Source: an uncultured virus (IMG/VR IMGVR_UViG_3300037010_001713) (taxonomy: Duplodnaviria; Heunggongvirae; Uroviricota; Caudoviricetes). From it: a DNA stretch of 20,000 nt. Numbering within the stretch: the stretch's first letter is position 1; every line of letters starts with the position of its first letter. A model generated the notes under the pieces. It searched no databases. It worked only from the letters and a program-made list of their open reading frames with translations, and was not told the origin of the DNA. The DNA is taken from IMG/VR virus record IMGVR_UViG_3300037010_001713. One strand, 5' to 3'. The position numbers and the translations under genes were made by a program. This document shows, one piece after another, positions 1-7,600 of this stretch.

Positions 1-1
1 A

Positions 2-76
2 TACGCCGTCGTTAATGAAAAACTACAAGATAAAACCGCGATGGTCAGCGGTGTTATAAGACCTTTGAATGGGTAA
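2..76 (+). CDS. 3' end of an upstream gene (partial, ...YAVVNEKLQDKTAMVSGVIRPLNG*)
   Basis: Frame is open from the window edge to TAA at 74-76, just before the AGGAGG RBS of the next gene. Confidence 0.6.
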   Translation, partial: YAVVNEKLQDKTAMVSGVIRPLNG

Positions 77-90
77 CTTAGGAGGATTGA

Positions 91-1884
91 ATGCTCAGCG
101 ACAGATTAGGTAACATAGATCTAGGTGAATATGGTATATCTGTTAAGGATGGTACTAGGGATAGTTTTATCGACGGGGTTCTGGTTAGAAGTATCGCTGA
201 CGTTCTTAAATTAAATAGGATTAATAGAGGCGGCACTGGTCTGGACGTCAACTTTAATACGATGTTATCTGACGTAGATGATATGATGGACCTAGAGAAA
301 TCCGCTAAATTTATCTCAAATGTTATGGATAAGAATGGTCGTATTTTGATCGTTACAGACTATGACTCAGATGGCGTTAATTCGGCTACCACCCTATATC
401 GATCTTTTAAAGATGTCTTAAAATATACGAATATCGGTGTTATTATAAATCATAGATCAGACGGTAATGGTTTCACAGATAAACTGGTATCCAGAGTTCT
501 GGCTGAACACAGTGCTAAACCATGTGACGTATTGATAACCGCTGATCATGGTAGTGTGAATGGGTTAGCTTATAAACATATGATGGAACACGGTATAAAC
601 ATAGTCGTGACCGACCACCATACTGTTCCAGAAATAGACACCGAGACATACCCACATGACGTGGTTGGTTTTATAAATCCCCATAGAGCCGATTGTGGAT
701 ATAACTACAATATATCTGGTTGTTTTGTCGCTTTTTGTCTAGTTTTATCTGTATGGAACAAACGCAATAGTGAGGGAAACCCACTTGTAGCGTTCGGCTC
801 AGTCATTCCTTATGTAGCATTGTCAACGATCACAGATCAAATGTCCTTAGCTGACCCGCTAAACAGACGGATAGTGGAGTTGGGTCTGAGAGTTATAAAT
901 TCAGGATCCTCAGCAGTGTTTAATGCACTAGCTAATTTAACGTTAGCCAAGCTACCGTTAACAACAAAAGAGTTCGGTTTTACGATAGGACCTATTGTCA
1001 ACACAGCAAACCGTGTTGGAAATGAAGAGATAGCTTTTAAGTTACTATCTTCCGATGATGAAAAAGCACTTACAAACACAGCAAATGAGTTGATACATTA
1101 TAATAAGCGGAGAAAGAACGCCCAGACTTTTTTAATAAAAGATCTATTAAGAAAAAAAGACGATTTTCTCGGTACTGATAGTGTCGTGTGTAGCATAACA
1201 ACAACCTACGCTATAGCTGGTAACGTAGCCAGCAATCTAGGAAATAGATATCGGTTACCAGCCGTATGCTTCACGGAAAACATCGATTTACCTTATCTAA
1301 CAGGTAGTTGTAGAGGTATTCTTCCACAGATAGATTTAATGGAAATATTCAGAGCTATAGATGCAGCTCAGCCTGGAATATTTATTAAGTTTGGTGGTCA
1401 TAAGGCTGCAGCTGGTTGTAGCATAAACAAAGACAAGTACGATATTTTTAAACGGCTGTTTAACGAACTATGTTCTGATTACATCACCGAAAAAGATCGT
1501 CTATTGGTGAATTATGTGGATTTTTGCTCTAGTGGAGATATATACACGGATCTACTGTGTTTCATATTGAGTTCTGATCAGATTTACGGTCGAGGATGGG
1601 AGCCAGTTAGACTAGCATCTAGGTTTATCCTGAAGAATGTGATATTAGAGTCCACGTACGCTAAATTAACTTTTAGTATATGCGATGTAGATGTTACTGG
1701 TATTTATTTTATGGGCGATGAGAATTGTAATGCATTGTTAGACGGTATTAAAAGTAATAACTCGGTATACGATGTTTTGTGTGTTTACACGCCAGAAATA
1801 AATCGATACATGGATAATGTGAAAGTTAGTCTACTCGTCGATACTATAAAAATCATAAAGGACTCTGATGGTCGTGATGCCTAG
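91..1884 (+). CDS. recJ: RecJ-like single-stranded DNA 5'-3' exonuclease (DHH/DHHA1 family)
   Basis: RecJ motifs in order: DYDSDG (nt 358-375), TADHG, VTDHH (DHH at 613-621), INP, IGPIVNTANRV, GSCRG, FGGHKAAAG (GGH at 1393-1401). 597 aa is typical RecJ length. RBS AGGAGG at 80-85. Confidence 0.92.
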   Translation: MLSDRLGNIDLGEYGISVKDGTRDSFIDGVLVRSIADVLKLNRINRGGTGLDVNFNTMLSDVDDMMDLEKSAKFISNVMDKNGRILIVTDYDSDGVNSATTLYRSFKDVLKYTNIGVIINHRSDGNGFTDKLVSRVLAEHSAKPCDVLITADHGSVNGLAYKHMMEHGINIVVTDHHTVPEIDTETYPHDVVGFINPHRADCGYNYNISGCFVAFCLVLSVWNKRNSEGNPLVAFGSVIPYVALSTITDQMSLADPLNRRIVELGLRVINSGSSAVFNALANLTLAKLPLTTKEFGFTIGPIVNTANRVGNEEIAFKLLSSDDEKALTNTANELIHYNKRRKNAQTFLIKDLLRKKDDFLGTDSVVCSITTTYAIAGNVASNLGNRYRLPAVCFTENIDLPYLTGSCRGILPQIDLMEIFRAIDAAQPGIFIKFGGHKAAAGCSINKDKYDIFKRLFNELCSDYITEKDRLLVNYVDFCSSGDIYTDLLCFILSSDQIYGRGWEPVRLASRFILKNVILESTYAKLTFSICDVDVTGIYFMGDENCNALLDGIKSNNSVYDVLCVYTPEINRYMDNVKVSLLVDTIKIIKDSDGRDA

Positions 1885-2287
1885 CTTATCCATAGAGGGT
1901 TTCGCTGGAGATGGAGAAACAATACTTAGATTAGGGTTGAACTATTTCTACGCGGGTGTATCAAGAGTGTCTGGCACGTATGGCTACATATATTCAATTA
2001 TGGACATTCCGCTGTTTACGACAAATATAGACGAGACTGCCAATAAGCTCGAGAATATATTGGCGTCTTTATATAGTCCGTATTTTTCTAAAGTTAATGT
2101 TTATGTGGATGTATCCTTAAACACAAATGGTGTTGACTATAAACTAAATGTAGGAGTCGATGCTACTGACAAAATCACGGATCAAGTCTATTCGTTAAAA
2201 GATACATACGACAGTAGATTGGTTCTTAATGCATTTAAAAATAAAATAAAATCAATAGAAGAAATGGAGAAAAAGTATGGCGGGTAA
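1868..2287 (+). CDS. Conserved phiKZ-like phage protein, possibly gp25-like baseplate/tail sheath initiator
   Basis: 139 aa ORF overlapping both neighbours (start may be ATG 1877). The pattern MPSLS..G....YF....S...LYSPYFSKVNVYV resembles, from memory, a small conserved virion protein of phiKZ-like phages. Function is inferred. Confidence 0.5.
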   Translation: MVVMPSLSIEGFAGDGETILRLGLNYFYAGVSRVSGTYGYIYSIMDIPLFTTNIDETANKLENILASLYSPYFSKVNVYVDVSLNTNGVDYKLNVGVDATDKITDQVYSLKDTYDSRLVLNAFKNKIKSIEEMEKKYGG

Positions 2288-2867
2288 ATTTGTTAGACTA
2301 CCGATTAGCGGTGGAGTTATTGATTTTAGCGATCCAGAGTATAACGTATCGCTAGAACACCCTCGGGTGAATGCAGCTTTTTTTGAGCAATACTGGCTTA
2401 AGTATTTTAAAGAGGGTGGTTTTGAACGTTATATAGACAACCATCCAGACGAAGCTAAAGAAGCCTCGGAATTTCGACATCGTTGGGTTGAGATAGCCCG
2501 AGGATATTATTCTGAAGTTGAGATCGTTGATAATGAAGGTGAGGTTCTGTGTGTCGTTCCAGGATTATACAGCCGTATCAGAACGATTACTGATAGTGAC
2601 ACCACTTTACTCGAGTCTGTCGCTTTAAAATTGAAAAACGCTACTCACGTAGCTAGGGCCGAAAATGAATTTGACAGCACAGTGTCGACTTTAGACTTTA
2701 AAACTGAGACAGATACTAATGTTGTGGCTGCACAATGGAAATATATTTTATCCATTGACTACAGCAAACTTAAACGGGAACAAAAAAGTGTGGTCTCAGA
2801 TCATAAAGATGATGTTGGCAAAGAGCCAGAAGGTTGTCTGCCAGACTACGATAATCTATTCTCATAA
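2277..2867 (+). CDS. Hypothetical protein, probably conserved in phiKZ-like phages
   Basis: 196 aa ORF with GGAG RBS, overlapping the upstream gene. The WVEIARG...VEIVDNEGEVLCVVPGL block resembles a recalled phiKZ-like core hypothetical. Confidence 0.7.
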   Translation: MAGKFVRLPISGGVIDFSDPEYNVSLEHPRVNAAFFEQYWLKYFKEGGFERYIDNHPDEAKEASEFRHRWVEIARGYYSEVEIVDNEGEVLCVVPGLYSRIRTITDSDTTLLESVALKLKNATHVARAENEFDSTVSTLDFKTETDTNVVAAQWKYILSIDYSKLKREQKSVVSDHKDDVGKEPEGCLPDYDNLFS

Positions 2868-2907
2868 CACACTAGGTAGAACTACCTAGTGTGTTAGTTT
2901 TTTATTT
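2865..2907 (+). terminator. Intrinsic terminator-like hairpin, 15 bp perfect stem
   Basis: TAACACACTAGGTAG (2865-2879) AA CTACCTAGTGTGTTA (2882-2896), starting at the TAA stop and followed by a T tract. Confidence 0.85.
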
Positions 2908-2920
2908 AATTATATAGTAT
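2898..2920 (+). promoter_or_regulatory. Candidate phage early promoter, copy 1
   Basis: T tract then AATTATATAGTAT (2908-2920), starting 42 nt before ATG 2950; the motif recurs at 3894 and 17510. Confidence 0.5.
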
Positions 2921-2949
2921 TAAATTACAAAAAAACAAAAGGAGTATCA

Positions 2950-3771
2950 ATGGATAATTTAAGTAATGGGTGTACTAAGCAGCTTACCCCTAACTATCTA
3001 CTAACTTTAGTATATACTAAAGATAGACTAACAATAGAGGATGAGCTTCAAAAGCTTTGTAATGCATATAATGATGCAATTGAAAAAAACATGAAATTGT
3101 GCAAGGAGCTAAATGAATGTAAAAAAATGTTACCTCGGTATGAGTATGGTGATGAATTAGACGACGAAACATTGGGTTTGTATAAATGCGAAGAAGGAGA
3201 CGGTTATGTTGAATATTTTTATAGCGGTACCGTGAATACGCAACAACACTGTACGAATGAAACAGCATCATCAGATAGTGAACACATCAAAGAGCAGTCA
3301 GTGAAGGATGATAGTTATCATGGTATCGGTTTTAAAAGAATTTTGAAAGATGTTCCTAAGACATCATTGCAGAAAATAGTCGACTGGTACATAACATTCG
3401 AGGGTGATGTTGTATATAAGCTCAGCGAGGCTAAGGATAATGAGGGTACTCTGCTTGATTGCATAAAATGGTCTGTAGAATATAAATATCCCTTTATATC
3501 GTTCAATATAAAATATCCAGGATATAGCTCAATCCATGGTGATGAGCTGTCTCTGGAGAAATCATCAGACATACCAGGGGGGTATTTTGAAGTCTCAACA
3601 ATACCTAATATCACACGACCTATGAGTATTAGTGATTATACGTTAATAACACTACCTCATAATCTACCAATGAAGTCTGAATTCTTTTTGAGTGTTGACT
3701 ACACTTCTGTATGTAAAGATATTAATACAGTTATCGGGAAGATGCTAGACCATTGTGGGTATAAAGAGTGA
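2950..3771 (+). CDS. Hypothetical protein with N-terminal coiled-coil-like segment
   Basis: 273 aa ORF with AAGGAGT RBS at 2939-2945; heptad-like stretch IEDELQKLCNAYNDAIEKNMKLCKELNEC; no family recognised. Confidence 0.8.
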   Translation: MDNLSNGCTKQLTPNYLLTLVYTKDRLTIEDELQKLCNAYNDAIEKNMKLCKELNECKKMLPRYEYGDELDDETLGLYKCEEGDGYVEYFYSGTVNTQQHCTNETASSDSEHIKEQSVKDDSYHGIGFKRILKDVPKTSLQKIVDWYITFEGDVVYKLSEAKDNEGTLLDCIKWSVEYKYPFISFNIKYPGYSSIHGDELSLEKSSDIPGGYFEVSTIPNITRPMSISDYTLITLPHNLPMKSEFFLSVDYTSVCKDINTVIGKMLDHCGYKE

Positions 3772-3792
3772 TTTGATGATAAGAGTATAATG

Positions 3793-3824
3793 CAACGCTA
3801 GGTCTCATCCGAGACCTAGCGTTG
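3793..3824 (+). terminator. Hairpin, 14 bp perfect stem, probable terminator
   Basis: CAACGCTAGGTCTC (3793-3806) ATCC GAGACCTAGCGTTG (3811-3824), 21 nt after the stop; T run about 8 nt downstream. Confidence 0.7.
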
Positions 3825-3884
3825 GTATGATCTTTTTTAGTCACAGGTTCTTATAAGATCTTGGTTTGTACCAACTATAAGTTA

Positions 3885-3915
3885 TTTTTTCTTAATTACA
3901 TAGTTTATATGTAAT
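3885..3915 (+). promoter_or_regulatory. Candidate phage early promoter/operator, copy 2
   Basis: T tract then AATTACATAGTTTATATGTAAT (3894-3915), starting 39 nt before ATG 3933; 21 of 22 identical to 17510-17531. Confidence 0.65.
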
Positions 3916-3932
3916 GAAATTAAGGAGTCCAA

Positions 3933-4463
3933 ATGAAAAAAATAACTTTAAAGGAAGCACTCGATAAGGCGGCTTCAGACTTAAAAAGTGGTAAATCATC
4001 TAAATGGAAGATCTTCGAAGGATATATCGAATGGTGCGATCCATGTGATTATACCAGCTATGCGGAGAAACTGGGTTTGAGCTTCGTTGCTATGGCAGAT
4101 TTCGGTCATGGCTGTGAAGCATGTTTAGCAGTCTGTATAAACACAAAAAACTGCGGTGGAACATACCCAACTGTAGTCATACCCGGAGGGTCATTATCGA
4201 CCCCACTCATGACATACGATAGACTTAACGCCCTAAAGGGTTTATTTTTGACCGATGGTTGTGGGTCGATTGATAATAATGTGTATTCGTACACGTGGAA
4301 CTCACCCAACCCGTGGGGTGGGCGGAAGAGGCTCAAGTACCGCATTAAAAGAGTCCCAACACTATGGGATTATAGGCGGATCATTAAAATGTACGCTAAT
4401 AGTGATCTAGATATTATCGAATGCTATAAAGCGTTCGACATAATCGAGGACTATAACGAATAG
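3933..4463 (+). CDS. Hypothetical protein, cysteine-containing
   Basis: 176 aa ORF with AAGGAGT RBS at 3922-3928; contains CDPC and CEAC pairs; no family recognised. Confidence 0.8.
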   Translation: MKKITLKEALDKAASDLKSGKSSKWKIFEGYIEWCDPCDYTSYAEKLGLSFVAMADFGHGCEACLAVCINTKNCGGTYPTVVIPGGSLSTPLMTYDRLNALKGLFLTDGCGSIDNNVYSYTWNSPNPWGGRKRLKYRIKRVPTLWDYRRIIKMYANSDLDIIECYKAFDIIEDYNE

Positions 4464-4475
4464 TTACCTTTTAGT

Positions 4476-4506
4476 TAACACACTGGGTACGATACCCAGT
4501 GTGTTA
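4476..4506 (+). terminator. Hairpin, 14 bp perfect stem, same family as 2865-2896
   Basis: TAACACACTGGGTA (4476-4489) CGA TACCCAGTGTGTTA (4493-4506), 12 nt after the stop; no immediate T tract. Confidence 0.7.
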
Positions 4507-4613
4507 GTGCTTATAGATGTGGTTGGAGCTATATTGTAGTGGTTCTGTTTTTTTTTTATTTTTTTCTATACATTATAGTTCAAGTATTCCTTGAGATACA
4601 AAAAGGAGTCCTT

Positions 4614-7600
4614 ATGAATATGGATGAGTTTGAAGAAGAAGATTACGAGGAAGATTTCCTTGACGATGAACCCAAGCAAAAGAGTTCTGGAGTTGTAAGC
4701 GATTTTTTAACTGGATTGAAAGAATCATTACTCGGTGACGTAAGGGATACTGTTAAGACTGTTGTCGGCAGTGTGATACCATACGATATTCGGGATGAAA
4801 TAGACGGCTATACAGAATTATTCACAGCAGCACAAGAGGAGATCGAAGCTAGTCTACTTGAATTTAGATCAAAAACTAGTAATTCACTTAAACAGCTAGA
4901 TGGTTTACTACCAGAGAAATTAGACACGGTAATAAACGACGTACAAAAAAAGATAAAAGTAGAAGCATCAGAAGATTATAGTTATAGCTCAAGTAGCTCT
5001 TCTAGATCCCCAAATGATACCATAGCTGAAGATGTAGCTAACGCTCTCAGTGCAACTATGTCAACGACCACAGCTATAACAGAAAATGCCGAGAATAATA
5101 GATTCCGATTCACCTCAGGACTAATAAAAAGCTCTAACACAGAACTAACTAAACTGTACCATTTTCAAACGACCGTAGCGTACTCTTATTATAAGAAATC
5201 GCTAGAGTTACAGTATCAGAGTTTATATCTAAGCCGTAACCAATACACCCTACTAGAGAAATCTATGGAATCTGTACTTGGTAAACTCAACACGATAGCT
5301 GTTTCATCCGCAATGACTGATAGAGATAAAACAGAGCTACAGCTAAAGAAAGAGTTAATTTCTGTTAGAAAAAATATTTTCAATACGGCAATTGATTTAG
5401 ATAAGTTCCGTAAAAATATTAAAGATAATCTAAAGAAAAATATTGGTACGTATGCAGATAAATTAAACGATTTTACTAGTGGACTATCTAGTTTCCTACC
5501 GATGATCATGAATGGTCCAGGCGGTGTTATGGGTACGGCTGGCGGTATAGCTGGTGATATGCTAAAAGGTTATGCTGGTGAAAAAATATATGGTTATCTA
5601 AAAAATAGTAAGATCTCAAAAGAAACCGTAAACAAAATTAAACTAGCTGGTGGAGATATAGCTGGAACCTTAAGCCGATACGGTAGAAAGAACGACACGA
5701 TTCTAGGTAAGGGTGCTGGCTTTCTATCCGATATGATTGGAAAGAATAACGTAGATAATACGGTTATAAAGAAAGAAGATATATCAGCTCCAGCCATCTA
5801 CGACAATAAGACAAGAACAACAATCATTGATGTTATACCTGGGTTACTAACTAAGATATATACTGTCTTAGAGCAAAATGGTGGAGGTGTAGGTAGAGGT
5901 GGAAATGGAGGTGGTAGTGGACCAAGTGGCAGTAACAATAAAAATGGACTACTCACGAAAAATAGTGATGATGTAGTATACGACTATAAGACTGATAAAT
6001 TTATAACCAGAGAGACATCAGAGAACGAAGCTAAAAGACAATTGGGTAAAGAGTTGTTTGATGAACCATCTAAGTATGTCGACGCTGTGATAGAGCTGTT
6101 CGTCGCGTACGGTGGACTCGAAATGTCTGACGTAGACGGCGATCTACTAAGGAGTAGCATACTCATATACGCTGCGTCAGCAAAAGAGTTTCTACCTGAG
6201 GATCTCGGAAAAACAGAAATAACTAAGGGACTACCGCGTGATTTAGCCAGTAAGGTTACCGCCGCTGGTAAGAAACTATTAGCTAAAGCTGTAGACGACA
6301 CAGATATATTAGACCGAGCCTTTACAGTTATAAAAAGACTAAGAGAATCTTTTAAACATCCAACAGAAGCCGTTAGTAAAGCTTTGAGAAGCGGTACTGG
6401 TATCTTAGATAAATACAAAGCTCTGAATAAAAAAGATATGCGTGATAAATCTGGCAACTTTAAGCGGAACTTAACAAACACAGATACTAAGGAACTGTTT
6501 GAAGAAATACTAGGTAAGGGTCCATTATCGGCAGTGGCCTCGATTAAACCATATGCTAAAGGGAATTCTTTAAGAACGGGACCTCTTGGAAATGAATCTA
6601 ATATAAATCCCGAGGATATACCAACAGATTATAGCAATATGACCTATCGTGAGAGATTCGGAGCCATGTACAATAATGCTCGAAAAGCTACGTCCGAGGT
6701 AGGAAATGAGATAGCGGACACAATACCGGTGGGTTTGAAAGATTCTAAGTATGCCGAAAAAGCGGCTAAGGGGTATCGAAAAGTTAAGGGAACTGCGAGC
6801 TCAATAGGTAGTAATATAAAAGAAAAATATAACGAGACGAATCTTAGCGACTTAGTAGATAAAAATATAACAGAAGCTAAAAATAGCAAACTCTTTAAAA
6901 AAGCTACTGATTTGACTAATCACGTGCTGGATAGTAAAAACGTAAAAGAAGCTTTGGGTCTTCCAGATATTAAGAAAATCAAAGGCTTTATCGAAAAGGT
7001 AAAAGAGATATATTCAAAAGAGAATAAGATTACTAAAGAGGAAGCCGCCGAGAAAGTATTGTTGCTAGCCAACAAAATAGGACTTACTGTGCTTAGCGAC
7101 GAAGAATTAAAATCGTTGACTCTAGAATATAAGAAATCTAATCTAAAAGGTATGCTTAGTTTAGACCTGTATCTTTTATCTAAAGGTCGGATTCGTAATA
7201 AAGAAAGTATAACCAAGAAAGTCTTGAGCGGGTTTGATAAATACGAATCAGTTAAAACAGTTTTTAATAAAGCATACAGTAATGCGGTTAATAAAATCAC
7301 AGACTTTAAGAATGAAACTGTTAAAAATAACCCTAAGGTCGGTAGTTTTCTAAAACTTTTTGATAAAAAAGATCCAGTTCCAGAACAACCTAGCGATGAG
7401 TTACCTAAGTTTGCTAAGGGTGGGTATACTGGATCCAAAACTAAGGGAAAGGGTAAATCTAAGAAAAAACGGTTTATCGATAAAACTGGTGAAGAAGTTG
7501 CTGGAATCGCCCATAAAGATGAATTCGTTATAAACAGTGCCGATCTAAAAAGACCTGATGTAGCTGCGGCAATAAACAGTCTTGATTTAACTTCTGGTAA

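Noticed and set aside
3801..3816. Facing BsaI sites GGTCTC-ATCC-GAGACC, suggestive of a cloning scar
   Set aside because: They are the inner part of a 14 bp stem that resembles the other natural hairpins; no vector sequence nearby.
2865..4506. Palindromic ~31 bp repeats as possible CRISPR repeats or IS ends
   Set aside because: Only two copies, 1.6 kb apart and separated by whole genes; no spacers, cas gene, transposase or target duplication.
4539..4613. ORF-track N-terminal extension MVLFFFYFFLYIIV that looks like a signal peptide
   Set aside because: It is a translated T tract; the AAGGAGT RBS supports ATG 4614. The extensions at 14631, 17485 and 19925 are rejected because better RBS-supported ATGs lie downstream.
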